Shown here: piece after piece, positions 9,520-24,386 of the stretch
Position numbering within the stretch: position 1 is the first letter of the stretch
Layout of the letters: every line of letters starts with the position of its first letter
DNA from: Candidatus Cloacimonadales bacterium
GTDB taxonomy: Bacteria; Cloacimonadota; Cloacimonadia; Cloacimonadales; JAFGVF01
Reading direction: 5' to 3'
Length of the DNA: 64,000 bases
Assembly (NCBI GenBank): GCA_963677495.2
Contig: CAXXOU010000002.1
Span: 64,001-128,000 of the forward strand
Notes under the pieces: model-generated
Seen by the model: the letters and a program-made list of their open reading frames with translations, nothing else
Database searches by the model: none
Told to the model about the DNA's origin: nothing
Made by a program: the position numbers and the translations under genes

Positions 9520-10817
9520 ATATCAAAACTCTACCTGTAATTAAACGTGAATATCTTACCAGAGTTAAGACTAAAGGCTTTATTATTGGAACCCTGTTTC
9601 TGCCTGTTTTCTTTGTATTAATCTTTGGAGGTGTTTTTATTTTTGGTAATCTTCTACAGCCAAAAGGTCAAGATTACGTAATCGTAGATGAATCAGGTTT
9701 TATCTATGATGAGTTCACAATGATTCAGAACAAAACACTTAAAGATGGTAGTCCAAAATACAGATGGCAAAAGTATGATTTAGCAGAGATCTCGGTAACT
9801 AAAGCTAGGGAGGAACTCACTAAGAAAGTCAGGAGTAAAGAGATTGATGCGTTCTTTATTATCCCGAAGGACATTGTTGAAACTGAAAAAGTTACCTATA
9901 TGGGACGTAATGTCTCTGATATGGACGGTCTTTCCTCTTTTAATCGTACTTTCAACTGGCTTGTGGGCAATAAGAGACTTGAAGCTTTAGGCTTCCCTGC
10001 TAAAGAAATTAGGAATGAAATGGGTTTAGTCAATGTACAACTTGAGAGTATCCAGGTTACTGATAAGGGCGAAGTTGGTAAAGACAGTGTCTCGAACTTC
10101 CTACTTACTTACATACTCTGTTACTTCCTATTTATTTTCATTATGTCTTACGGACAGACTGTCACAAGAAGCGTTATCGAAGAGAAGAGTCAAAGAATTA
10201 CAGAAACCATTATCTCATCTATCAGACCTATTGAGCTTATGATGGGTAAGCTAATCGGTATCTGCCTTGTTGGTATCACGCAGTTAGTAGTGATTGCCGG
10301 TTTTCTCTATATCTTCACTCTATATGGTGATGATATATTAATCAAAGCAGGAGTAGAAGCTCCCAAGCTCTTAGATATAATTAGAAATCTTAGTTTTACA
10401 CCTGTTGTATTTGGCTACTTCATTCTTTTCTTCCTTTTTGGGTATCTCATATATGGTGCTATCTTCGCTGCAATTGGAGCTATGGTCAATACCGAAGACG
10501 AAGGACAACAGTTCCTTACTCCTGTTATTATGTTGAATATTCTTAGTTTCTTCATTATGTTTGCTGTAGCTAAGAATCCGGATACTGTCCCTGCAATGTG
10601 GTTATCCTTAATCCCATTGTTTACTCCGGTAGTTATGTTTGCACGTATTGCTGCAATGGACCCGGTTCTCCCATCCGCTGCAATCATTTCTATCTTCACA
10701 ACCGGACTCTCTATCTATGGACTGCTTTGGGTTGTAGCCAAGATATATAGAGTTGGGATTCTTATGTATGGTAAAAAACCATCTCTTAAAGAAGCTATTA
10801 AATGGATTAGATATTAA
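9516..10817 (+). CDS. ABC-2 type exporter permease (YhaP/NatB-like)
   Basis: KREYLTRV, EEKSQRITE, GKLIG, IYRVGILMYG; multiple TM helices; overlaps the upstream stop. Confidence 0.9.
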   Translation: MNIKTLPVIKREYLTRVKTKGFIIGTLFLPVFFVLIFGGVFIFGNLLQPKGQDYVIVDESGFIYDEFTMIQNKTLKDGSPKYRWQKYDLAEISVTKAREELTKKVRSKEIDAFFIIPKDIVETEKVTYMGRNVSDMDGLSSFNRTFNWLVGNKRLEALGFPAKEIRNEMGLVNVQLESIQVTDKGEVGKDSVSNFLLTYILCYFLFIFIMSYGQTVTRSVIEEKSQRITETIISSIRPIELMMGKLIGICLVGITQLVVIAGFLYIFTLYGDDILIKAGVEAPKLLDIIRNLSFTPVVFGYFILFFLFGYLIYGAIFAAIGAMVNTEDEGQQFLTPVIMLNILSFFIMFAVAKNPDTVPAMWLSLIPLFTPVVMFARIAAMDPVLPSAAIISIFTTGLSIYGLLWVVAKIYRVGILMYGKKPSLKEAIKWIRY

Positions 10818-10841
10818 TGTAACTTACAATGATTTACTGAA

Positions 10842-11372
10842 ATTCAGGGAGTTTGTCGGCCTGATAATGCAATGAACTCCCTGTCTTGCTATCCGAAGGA
10901 AGAAGTGAGTCGCAATAGAATGTGACTCGCTAATTCCATTCAGGGTGACATGTTGAGGGATTTGCTTCTGCAAATCCGATAACCATGCTTGTCATCCCGA
11001 TCGAGTGAGGATACGAATGAGCAGAGGGATCTCTCCGATAACTTTAGTTTCCCAACTGAAGAGCAGTACTTTTCCGAGGAAAACATTCAGAAGATAAGTC
11101 AATACATTATCACAAATCCCCTAAAGCCACCCGAGCGACCCGTTCGACTTCGTCACTTCATTACATTTTGTTCACAACGCTCAGGGTGACATACACAGTG
11201 CCATTTGCAATAACTTACCGCATTTCAGGGAGTTTGTCAGCCTGATAAGGCAACGGACTTCCTAAAATGCACTCCGAAGTCGCATGTCCCTGATTTCGTT
11301 CTCGCGTCACGCTATCGCTGCAACGCAAGTCCGAAATGGACATACACAGTGCCATTTGCAATCACTTAGCTA
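10842..11372. repeat. Cluster of short REP-like repeats
   Basis: TTCAGGGAGTTTGTC(G/A)GCCTGATAA near 10843 and 11224; TCAGGGTGACA twice; GACATACACAGTGCCATTTGCAAT at 11188 and 11339. Confidence 0.7.
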
Positions 11373-11401
11373 CATTCCCTGCTCTTTTTACTCTCCTTTA
11401 C

Positions 11402-11557
11402 TGCTCTATGCATCAACCCACTGTGTCTGCACTGTGTACGCACTGTGAAGGCACTGCCAACCCACTGTTTCACTGGGTGCACAGTGCGTGCACAGTGGGA
11501 AAACAGTGGGATGACTGCGTTTTGTTAAAGAGTTTAATGAAAGTTTGCAATATCGCA
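11402..11557. repeat. Phased palindromic cassette, family D (CACTG/CAGTG)
   Basis: CACTG at 11419, 11430, 11441, 11452, 11463; CAGTG at 11482, 11493, 11504; core nearly identical to 40597-40677; right end approximate. Confidence 0.88.
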
Positions 11558-11707
11558 AAAGCTTGCACAAGAAAGCGGAAATGAAACAGATTCATAAACT
11601 AACAAGGGCAAAATGTACTATTTATTTAGATAATATTAACAAGAAAACTATTGACTTTATCATGCACTGCTCTATTTGATACACTCAAATATTTATGTGA
11701 GGTAGCT

Positions 11708-12730
11708 ATGAATATGAAAATCAAATGGGGCATATTCTCTTTACTTTTATTAGTGGCATTAGGGTTAAATGCTGAGAATATGTACATTACGATTATGCCT
11801 GAAGGCATGAGTGCAGCACTTAGGAATGCTGAGCTGACTGCAACAAATCCAAACCTTTTGGACGAGATTACAGGAGAGGATGTCCAAACAGGTGATTTAA
11901 CTAACAACACCGACCAATCAACACAATCAAAACCAATTGCTTCAGCGATGGAGTTCACTGTTTCTGGTGCAACCAAAGCTGTGACTTTGCCGATTGGATA
12001 TCATTACAAGAACTTTGGATTAAATTGCAAAATTCCATATATCTACGAAAGAACAGTAGTATATATGGATGCAACAAAAAGCTCAAATGGAGTGGGGGAT
12101 GTATCTGCTGAACTTAGCTATATGAAGAGGTTTGGTCAGTTCAAAACAGATTTTGGAATAGATGTAAAGCTTCCTACCGGTGATGATGTGAATGTAGTTG
12201 ATGGCTATGTAGTACCACTCGGAACAGGTTCGACTGATTTCAAAATTAATGCATCTTTTGCTATTCTTCATAAAACTAAGAATGCTGCTATGGTGCTTAG
12301 TACTTCCTATTTCAAGCCAGGTATGAGTAAGAAAAAAGTACAATCTGTACCTGCAGAAGCTAAGAATATCGTAGAAACTCTGGATTATGAAGTAACAAAC
12401 GGTGCAACTTTCAATGTTAAGGGTACTTATATGCTCGAGACATTCAGGAATCTTTATCTCTCATTTGTTTTATCATATACTAATATTCAAGATGGTGAGA
12501 CCGATATCAAGCACTCCTTTGATAATGGAGCACCCGGGTATAAAGAGACAGGCATCCCAAATTATCAGGATATGCAACTATCAGACTTTGTTCCAAGTGT
12601 TATCTATAGTCGCTGGTTGTTTGATTTTGCCATGGTTATGCAGGTTCCAATTATGTCGGAATATAATGATAATGCTTCCGCAAAAGAACGTGATTTGACC
12701 TTCAAATTTGTAGTAACAAGGAACTTTTAG
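11708..12730 (+). CDS. Putative outer-membrane beta-barrel protein (MetA-pathway/transporter-like)
   Basis: Signal peptide; GDVSAELSY, VKLPTGD, PLGTGSTD motifs; C-terminal Phe. Confidence 0.55.
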   Translation: MNMKIKWGIFSLLLLVALGLNAENMYITIMPEGMSAALRNAELTATNPNLLDEITGEDVQTGDLTNNTDQSTQSKPIASAMEFTVSGATKAVTLPIGYHYKNFGLNCKIPYIYERTVVYMDATKSSNGVGDVSAELSYMKRFGQFKTDFGIDVKLPTGDDVNVVDGYVVPLGTGSTDFKINASFAILHKTKNAAMVLSTSYFKPGMSKKKVQSVPAEAKNIVETLDYEVTNGATFNVKGTYMLETFRNLYLSFVLSYTNIQDGETDIKHSFDNGAPGYKETGIPNYQDMQLSDFVPSVIYSRWLFDFAMVMQVPIMSEYNDNASAKERDLTFKFVVTRNF

Positions 12731-12738
12731 GGGGAAGC

Positions 12739-14037
12739 ATGAAAAAGATACTTTTTATACTTGTGATCGCATTTGTTCTTATGTCGTGTCATGATTCTAC
12801 TATGATCGTTAAATCCGGTAGCTTGAATATTAAACTCAACAATGCAACGAAAGCAGATTTGCCTTCTGAGTTTGATGCAAGAGTATTTGTTATGAGTAAT
12901 GACTTTGAAGATTACTACAAAGATGTTCACTTTGTGCAAGCAGATGGTACAGTTAACTGGTACGCCCAGGGCAATCTTGAAATAGCACCTTCACTCTATT
13001 TCAGACTCAGAATCGAAGCATTTCTTGATGATGAAAATTGGGTAGGAGAGACAACAACAGAATGCAGTGTCGAGGAAGATGTCTGCGTAGAGATTACTAT
13101 CAACATTCATGTTGAAGGAGAGGAACCGGAAGGCAACAGACCTCCGGAAACACCGGCAAGCCCTACTCCTGCAAATGGCGCAACAGATATTGATTATAAT
13201 GATGGTGTAAATCTTAGCTGGGTTTGCTCAGATATTGATGGTGATGCTTTGACTTACAAGGTAACATATAGTGATTATGAAGGTTTTGTTGATAATACAG
13301 AATATCACGATAATCTTACTGAATGTAATGCACAAATTAGTGTTGTACAAGACAGAACTTACTGGTGGAAAGTGGAAGCTACTGATGGAGAATATACTGT
13401 CGAAAGCCCCGTCTGGAGTTTTACGACTTCCAATAGTAGTCTGGAAGCACCATCCTATATCTCTCCGCTTGATGGAGCTGTAATAAATGATAACTTTGCC
13501 GGCTTGATTTGGGAACATTCTGAAATGGGAATGGGTACTGTAACCTACAATGTTTATTTCGGACAAGATGCTCAGTCCCTTGTAATGCAAGTTGATGGTT
13601 ACACTGACGATAGATACTATGTCCAAAATCTTGCACAAGGTACACAATACTATTGGCAGATTGAAGCCAGTAATGGTGTAAGTGCTGCTTCAGGACCTGT
13701 CTGGAGTTTCACTACTTCCGGAGTACAAGATACAGAGAATCCGACTGTTGATCCTTTATATACTGTACCTTACATGAATCCTCTAACAGGAACAATCCAA
13801 TTGGGTATGTGGGCTGTTGACAATGTTGGCATTGACCATGTTGATTTCCACATTGAGAATGGTCCCGATAACTGGGAGTTAATTGGTACTGCTACTACCG
13901 GTACCGATGATCAGTATCTGATTGAGTTTGATTCTACTCAATACCCTAACGGAAACTATAGTTTCAAAGGTACTGCGTATGATGCAGCAGGTAATAATAG
14001 TGAATACTCGCAATCCTTTAATATTGAAAACAACTAA
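12739..14037 (+). CDS. Surface lipoprotein with fibronectin-III-like repeats and C-terminal Ig-like domain
   Basis: Lipobox LMSC; two YWW/YYW...PVWSFTT repeats; DNVGI...AYDAAGN Ig-like end. Confidence 0.75.
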   Translation: MKKILFILVIAFVLMSCHDSTMIVKSGSLNIKLNNATKADLPSEFDARVFVMSNDFEDYYKDVHFVQADGTVNWYAQGNLEIAPSLYFRLRIEAFLDDENWVGETTTECSVEEDVCVEITINIHVEGEEPEGNRPPETPASPTPANGATDIDYNDGVNLSWVCSDIDGDALTYKVTYSDYEGFVDNTEYHDNLTECNAQISVVQDRTYWWKVEATDGEYTVESPVWSFTTSNSSLEAPSYISPLDGAVINDNFAGLIWEHSEMGMGTVTYNVYFGQDAQSLVMQVDGYTDDRYYVQNLAQGTQYYWQIEASNGVSAASGPVWSFTTSGVQDTENPTVDPLYTVPYMNPLTGTIQLGMWAVDNVGIDHVDFHIENGPDNWELIGTATTGTDDQYLIEFDSTQYPNGNYSFKGTAYDAAGNNSEYSQSFNIENN

Positions 14038-14069
14038 ATCGTAATGACTCGTATTGTTTACTAAAAACA

Positions 14070-14099
14070 AAAAAGGGGGTGCTGATCAGCACCCTCTTT
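14070..14099. terminator. Bidirectional intrinsic terminator
   Basis: GGGTGCTGATCAGCACCC palindrome with A- and T-runs between convergent genes. Confidence 0.7.
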
Positions 14100-14110
14100 A
14101 CAATATGTCT

Positions 14111-15790
14111 CTACACTCTCGTAAGTTTCCTATAAGTAATACGCTTAGGGACAAGAGCTTTCTCCCCAAGACGCATGAGTTTATTCTCTTCATACTCACT
14201 GAAGTTACCATCAAACCACTTAACCTTACTGTCACCCTCGAAGGCGAGGATATGTGTACAGATACGATCAAGGAAATATCTGTCATGGCTAATAACAACT
14301 GCACAACCGGCAAAGTCCATAATAGCATTCTCTAATGCTCTGATAGTATAGACATCAAGGTCATTTGTCGGCTCATCCAAAAGCAGTACATTCCCGCCTT
14401 GTTGAAGCGTGAGAGCAAGATAAGCTCTATTTTTCTCTCCACCACTAAGAACGTTGATAGGCTTTGAATGTTCGCTACTACTAAAGTTAAACTTACTTAG
14501 ATATTCTCTAACGTTTATCTCTTGATCTCCGGCAACAAGTACATCTCTACCTTCACCAACAACATCAAGGATAGTCTTATCTGTTTCAGTGAAACGACTT
14601 TGATCTACATATGACAATTTAACGGTCTCACCAATAGTGAAAGTACCGCTATCAGCTTCAATCTTCTTAGTAATCATGTTGAAAAGTGTGGTTTTACCTG
14701 CGCCATTAGCACCGATAACTCCAATGATGCCACCGGCAGGAAGGTCAAATTCAAGGTTCTCATAAAGCAACTTCTCATCGAAACCTTTGGAAACACCTTC
14801 AGCTTTTATAACATTACGACCAAGCTTAGGTCCTTTTGGGATAAAGATTTGGTCAGTTCTATTCTCTTTCTTATACTCTTTCTCAGCCATCTTCTCATAA
14901 TTAGCAATCCTGGCTTTGCTCTTAGCATGACGGGCTTTCGGACTACTACGAATCCACTCCAACTCCTCGGCAAGTGCTTTCTGACGCTTAGTTTCACCAC
15001 GTGCTTCTTGTGCTAAACGCCTCTGCTTTTGCTCTAGCCATGATGAGTAATTACCTTCATAAGGAATACCTTCTCCACGGTCGAGCTCAAGTATCCAACC
15101 GGCAACATTATCAAGGAAGTATCTATCATGTGTGATAGCAATAACAGTGCCTTTATACTGGTGCAGATGATGCTCAAGCCAAAGAATAGTCTCTGCATCA
15201 AGATGGTTGGTAGGCTCATCAAGAAGCAGAATGTCCGGTTCCTGAAGAAGTAAACGACATAAAGCAACACGACGTTTCTCACCACCGGAGATTACACCAA
15301 CTTTAAGGTCTGATGGTGGGCATCTCAACGCTTCCATCGCCTGATCTAAACGACTGTCAAGATCCCAAGCATTACAAGCATCAAGCTTATCTTGTAGTTT
15401 ACCTTGCTCTTCTAAGAGTTTATTCATCTCATCATCGGTCATCTCTTCTGCAAACTTCATATTGATTTCATCGAATCTTTCAAGTAAAGCAACAGTCTCA
15501 GCTGCGCCTTCCTGTACAATCTCAAGTACAGTTTTTTCCGGGTCAAGCTGTGGGTCTTGCTCAAGGTACCCGATTGTATAGCCTTTAGCCATAGCAACTT
15601 CACCAAGATAATCATCATCAAGACCTGCCATAATCTTCAGTAGCGTACTCTTACCTGATCCATTTAGACCAACAACACCAATCTTGGCACCATAATAATA
15701 GCCCAAATATATGTCTTTTAGTATCTGCTTTCTGCCATCGACAACCTTGCCGATACCTGACATAGAATATATAACTTTCTTTTCTTCCAT
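14111..15790 (-). CDS. ettA: Energy-dependent translational throttle EttA (ABC-F)
   Basis: Two ABC domains; GAKIGVVGLNGSGKSTLL, SGGEKRRVALCRLLL, ELEWIRSSPKARHAKSKAR, RITYRKL. Confidence 0.95.
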   Translation of the reverse strand: MEEKKVIYSMSGIGKVVDGRKQILKDIYLGYYYGAKIGVVGLNGSGKSTLLKIMAGLDDDYLGEVAMAKGYTIGYLEQDPQLDPEKTVLEIVQEGAAETVALLERFDEINMKFAEEMTDDEMNKLLEEQGKLQDKLDACNAWDLDSRLDQAMEALRCPPSDLKVGVISGGEKRRVALCRLLLQEPDILLLDEPTNHLDAETILWLEHHLHQYKGTVIAITHDRYFLDNVAGWILELDRGEGIPYEGNYSSWLEQKQRRLAQEARGETKRQKALAEELEWIRSSPKARHAKSKARIANYEKMAEKEYKKENRTDQIFIPKGPKLGRNVIKAEGVSKGFDEKLLYENLEFDLPAGGIIGVIGANGAGKTTLFNMITKKIEADSGTFTIGETVKLSYVDQSRFTETDKTILDVVGEGRDVLVAGDQEINVREYLSKFNFSSSEHSKPINVLSGGEKNRAYLALTLQQGGNVLLLDEPTNDLDVYTIRALENAIMDFAGCAVVISHDRYFLDRICTHILAFEGDSKVKWFDGNFSEYEENKLMRLGEKALVPKRITYRKLTRV

Positions 15791-15857
15791 TAATTCCTCT
15801 TTGTAAATAGTTTCAATGAGTTAGCAATTTTTACAAACCTGCAATGTGTCAAGAAAA

Positions 15858-15879
15858 TAGGGCACAATTAAGTGCCCTA
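15858..15879 (-). terminator. Probable intrinsic terminator
   Basis: TAGGGCAC-loop-GTGCCCTA downstream of the Fn3 lipoprotein gene. Confidence 0.55.
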
Positions 15880-15895
15880 AAGATTAAATAACTAT

Positions 15896-16882
15896 CTATT
15901 CAGCTTTCTGCATAGCTTTTCTGGTCGTACCTTCCCGTATCTCCGACTTACGAGTACTGTTCTCAAATGATAGCATCTTCTTTGAGTTATTTATCAAAGT
16001 AACTGACTGATTATCTGCCCAAGGGAGGGTAAAGTTTTGTCCGTGTTGCCAATAAGAATAGTAAGACTGGTTTAACCAATAGGCAGCTACCATGGTGTTA
16101 TTATATGCTTCATAATAGCCAATGTTATAAGTAACTGAATCATTCGGGATTACAACCTGATCCATAGTTTGTGCAGATTGTTGATAGTTTACATAAAGAG
16201 GGCCAAGCTCCACGGAACCAATATTCTTCATCATCAAGAAAAAGAATGAGTCATTATAGTAAAAATCAATAGTGTTCTCTGAACCTACCATATTAATAGT
16301 ATCATAACCTTCAAGGACTAAACCAACTACATCTCCTTGGTTGGTATGCCCTGATGTTGTACCCCTATAAAAGTAGGATCCATCTGATTTTAAGAGCTCA
16401 AAGCTTGTTGTCTGCATTGGGGCAACAGTTTGCGTGCCATAACCGGTAAGGGTTACTTCAATATCTGTGTACATCTGGTTATAGAAATGAGCATAGAAAT
16501 AATCAACGAACAATGTCTGCACTGATACTACTTCAGAATAACCGCTTGTGCCTTCTTCACCTGTTGCTCGTACTCTATAATAATATCTGGTATCGCTATC
16601 AAGCCCATCGACAATACATGCTGTTCCAAAGACATTTCGATGATTATATCCTTCCACATAATTATCAAACTCTATGCTTGTTGAAACATCAAGAATGTAC
16701 ATATCAGCATTATAGATTGCTGTCCAGTTTGCAATGAAACTTGATTCCTCGATCTCAGAAGCATCTAGTGTAAGTGGTGTTGCAATATTAGATGAAGGGG
16801 AAGTAGTCGAATCTTTACATCCTACTACCATTAATAACCCAATCAATAATATCAGCGATATACTTCTAATAGCTATCTTCAT
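15896..16882 (-). CDS. Lipoprotein with fibronectin type III domain
   Basis: Lipobox VVGC; Fn3 pattern SFIANW...Y.LDVS...GLDSDTRYYYRVRA. Confidence 0.75.
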   Translation of the reverse strand: MKIAIRSISLILLIGLLMVVGCKDSTTSPSSNIATPLTLDASEIEESSFIANWTAIYNADMYILDVSTSIEFDNYVEGYNHRNVFGTACIVDGLDSDTRYYYRVRATGEEGTSGYSEVVSVQTLFVDYFYAHFYNQMYTDIEVTLTGYGTQTVAPMQTTSFELLKSDGSYFYRGTTSGHTNQGDVVGLVLEGYDTINMVGSENTIDFYYNDSFFFLMMKNIGSVELGPLYVNYQQSAQTMDQVVIPNDSVTYNIGYYEAYNNTMVAAYWLNQSYYSYWQHGQNFTLPWADNQSVTLINNSKKMLSFENSTRKSEIREGTTRKAMQKAE

Positions 16883-16982
16883 ATTAAACCCCATAGTTTT
16901 TGCCTATATAAAGTAATTATTACATTATTTGTCAATCCAAATCTTTAGTTCTTGGCTTTGTTACCTCCTTCTTCGCACCCTT

Positions 16983-17110
16983 TCAATTCACGGGAAACAC
17001 ACGGGACTCTCCCGGGAATCTCTCGGGACTCACTCGGGGCTTTGCCCGAGTGAGTCGCTTTTGATTCCCGCTTGAATCCGGAACAATTCCCGAGTATTGA
17101 ATTGGAGCAA
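16983..17110. repeat. Phased palindromic cassette, family A
   Basis: CGGG at 16991, 17002, 17013, 17024, 17035; centre CGGGGCTTTGCCCG; CCCG/CCGG at 17045, 17067, 17078, 17089; ends GGAGCAAT. Confidence 0.9.
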
Positions 17111-17352
17111 TTAAACGGAGAAGGTATGCTGATATATAGTCCATCCTGTATGGTTCATTCTGTGAGTCTCTATCTGTCCCTGAAAGTCCCTGTTCAAAAA
17201 CTGTAAAAAATGAGAAAAGAAACGAAAAATGGCTTTTGGATTAACATAAACTTAGCAGTGCTTGAAATTAATTGCGATTTAATATATACTTTAAAAATGG
17301 TAATTTATAATACTAAAGTGTCCTTAGTAAAAATAAAAAAGCACTTTTTATG

Positions 17353-17381
17353 TTGACGCATTATCAGGTCTCAATAGGTTG
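17353..17381 (+). promoter_or_regulatory. Putative rrn promoter
   Basis: TTGACG -35 box with TAGGTT -10-like hexamer about 130 nt before the 16S gene. Confidence 0.45.
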
Positions 17382-17486
17382 TCCAAACACTTGTTGAACG
17401 GAAGCGGGAACGCGGAAGGGATGTGGGTGGCGATCTTTAAGAAGTCAGAAATAGTGAGTGAATAATAAGCCAACAAGTCAATTATG

Positions 17487-19032
<1,546 letters not shown>

Positions 19033-19137
19033 TAAAGGTGTATAATGCGATGAATCTTTTAATCAGATTCCATTGCAATAATTAAACGTTTGGTAAGTTG
19101 TTCACTCACTTTTATAAATTTTGAAGCAAAATATAGT

Positions 19138-19214
<77 letters not shown>

Positions 19215-19219
19215 GCTTT

Positions 19220-19295
19220 GGGGGTTTAGCTCAGCTGGGAGAGCACCTGCTTTGCAAGCAGGCGGTCAACGGTTCGATCCCGTTAACCTCCACCA
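19220..19295 (+). tRNA. tRNA-Ala(TGC)
   Basis: GGGGGTTTAGCTCAG...TTTGCAA...CCTCCACCA with the G3:U70 pair. Confidence 0.96.
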
Positions 19296-19352
19296 TATTT
19301 TTTTTGATCTTAAATAGTGAAATACGTGGGATAGAGTGTATAGAGGATATTC

Positions 19353-22231
<2,879 letters not shown>

Positions 22232-22283
22232 GAAACTTTATATACTCTATCCCAGACAATATAGTCGCATAGCAGCGGCTGAA

Positions 22284-22399
22284 GATGGTGGCAATTGCGG
22301 TGATGATACACCTGTACCCATTCCGAACACAGCAGTTAAGCTCACCAGCGTCGATGGTACTGCATTGGCAACGATGTGGGAGAGTAGATCGCCGCCATC
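22284..22399 (+). rRNA. rrf: 5S rRNA
   Basis: CCCATTCCGAACAC...GTTAAGC...GATGGTACT...GGGAGAGTAG core with terminal helix. Confidence 0.95.
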
Positions 22400-22447
22400 T
22401 TCAGCCGCTGTTGACTTTTATAAACAAAGTTAGCGATGACAATTTCT

Positions 22448-22477
22448 AAAAGGGAACCTATTGCAGGTTCCCTTTTT
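22448..22477 (+). terminator. rrn intrinsic terminator (identical copy at 27028)
   Basis: AAAAGGGAACCT-ATTGC-AGGTTCCCTTTTT. Confidence 0.85.
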
Positions 22478-22617
22478 GCATATATGGCAATGTACAAAGG
22501 GTATACCAAACGAAGAGTGTGGTGACGTATTTAAAAATATCTTGCCAAATTGAGTTAATGTTTTAATATTCGATCATAATTAATAAATATGTAGTTAGAA
22601 CTCCAACGGAGGATGAT

Positions 22618-24246
22618 ATGAAAATTGGTATAAGACACACTTTTTTAATGCTACTTATCACTTTATTAGCGGTTAACACTCTCTTTGCCCAGAATTCAAT
22701 GGAACTCATCTGGGAGAGCCAAGGAGAACATCCCGACTCTGAATATGGCTCCTCCATGACATCTATGGATTTTAATGGTGATGGTATTGATGACTTGGTA
22801 GTTGGTTCAAGGTCTTATGAACCAGGTGAAACCCCATCTTTACTCGGTAAGATTTATTTCTATTATGGGGGGGGTAATTTTTCAACAACCCCTAATCTAA
22901 CAATTACAGGGTCTTATGCTAGTTACACAGGGGTTTCTTTACACAACTTTGGAGATGTTAATGGGGATGGTTTTGATGATCTTGGGTTATATCGTCGAGA
23001 CCCAATCTATGAGATAAAAGCTGTTATTGATATCTATTATGGAGGAGTAAACTGTGATACAATCCCTGATTTTAGTTATGATATCATGCGAGGAACCGGG
23101 GATGATGAGATTGAAGACATTTTTTCACTTTATCCTTTAGGTGATGTTAATGGAGATGGTTGTTCTGATGCAGGATATGTTCTTCTAGGTATGAGTCACG
23201 TAAATCCCTTTTCTCATTTCTATATTATATATGGTGATGAAGAGGAACCCTATGTAGAGTTCTGGAAAGATACCGGACCGTATCGTAATGGAGATGTCAT
23301 TAGTGGAAGTGCAATACGAGAGATTGGGGATATTAATAGTGATGAGTTTGATGATTTTATTATTGGTTATTTTGATGCTGAAGACCTGTTGACTAAAAAC
23401 TCAATTATCTATGGGGCTACTGTTGTTGATACAATTTTAACGAACATTGTTTTTCAAGGCACTAACTTTCTACCGGGTGGAGTTGCTTGCGGGGATATAA
23501 ATGGAGATAGTGTTGATGATTTCATTGGAGCTAAAAAATATGCCGGTACATGCCCGGGAATATGGCTGGGTGGGAATCAAAGCAATGTAGTACCTGATAT
23601 TCACTTATCAAATTATGGGCAATATAACAATGGAATAGCACATGGTGATTTGAATGGAGATGGTTATTCAGATTTAGTGATTGGTAGTCCTTGCTGGAGT
23701 TTAGATCAGGGAAAGGTCTATTTCTTCTTTGGGCATGAAGACCCCAATGGACTGCGGGATTATGAAATTGAAGCCCCTATCATAAACCATTCTGAATTTG
23801 GGACTTCCGTTGCAATTGGTGATTTTAATAGTGATGGATATGATGATACAGCAGTTGGGGCTCCCGGCACAGGTACAAATTATGCTGGACATGCCTATGT
23901 ATATGCCGGCGATGCATCATTGTATGATACTACAGTATCAATCTCGGATGATACAATCCCTGCACCTTATGGAGTTGAGTTTACAGCATACCCAAATCCC
24001 TTTAATCCATCAGTGCAGTTCAGTGTAAAGACAGATAAAGAGTATAATAAACTTGAAATTCAGATTTATAATGTGAAAGGACAACTTGTAAATATACTTA
24101 ATGCAAGTAAAACTCAAAAGGAGCAAACAGTTACTTGGGATGGAGTCGATAGTAAGGGTAAGAATGTATCTTCCGGGATTTATCTCTGTAAGTTAACTTC
24201 GAGTAATACAATTCTAAGTTCTGTTAAGGTTTCATTGATAAAATAG
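22618..24246 (+). CDS. Secreted FG-GAP (integrin-alpha-like beta-propeller) repeat protein with C-terminal FlgD-Ig/T9SS-like sorting domain
   Basis: Signal peptide; seven DxNxDxxxD-type repeats; YPNPFNP...IYNVKGQLV...WDG.D..G..VSSGIY. Confidence 0.88.
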   Translation: MKIGIRHTFLMLLITLLAVNTLFAQNSMELIWESQGEHPDSEYGSSMTSMDFNGDGIDDLVVGSRSYEPGETPSLLGKIYFYYGGGNFSTTPNLTITGSYASYTGVSLHNFGDVNGDGFDDLGLYRRDPIYEIKAVIDIYYGGVNCDTIPDFSYDIMRGTGDDEIEDIFSLYPLGDVNGDGCSDAGYVLLGMSHVNPFSHFYIIYGDEEEPYVEFWKDTGPYRNGDVISGSAIREIGDINSDEFDDFIIGYFDAEDLLTKNSIIYGATVVDTILTNIVFQGTNFLPGGVACGDINGDSVDDFIGAKKYAGTCPGIWLGGNQSNVVPDIHLSNYGQYNNGIAHGDLNGDGYSDLVIGSPCWSLDQGKVYFFFGHEDPNGLRDYEIEAPIINHSEFGTSVAIGDFNSDGYDDTAVGAPGTGTNYAGHAYVYAGDASLYDTTVSISDDTIPAPYGVEFTAYPNPFNPSVQFSVKTDKEYNKLEIQIYNVKGQLVNILNASKTQKEQTVTWDGVDSKGKNVSSGIYLCKLTSSNTILSSVKVSLIK

Positions 24247-24386
24247 ATGTAGTCTACTTGCTCCGCAGTGAGCAGTATTGCTGCGAATGTGGGGCGAGGA
24301 AATAAAGAACTTGCCAGTATTAGTCAATGTTTTAATATTCAATCGTAATTAATAGATATGTAGTTAGAACTCCAGCGGAGGATGAT

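Noticed and set aside
10989..11584. Short ORFs 10989-11189 and 11336-11584 (also 40524-40721, 60382-60838)
   Set aside because: They run through palindromic repeats, lack an RBS and show repeat-derived composition
17141..17204. Weak (C/T)CTG recurrences upstream of rrn as a sixth cassette family
   Set aside because: Spacing is irregular, with no mirrored arm or terminal repeat
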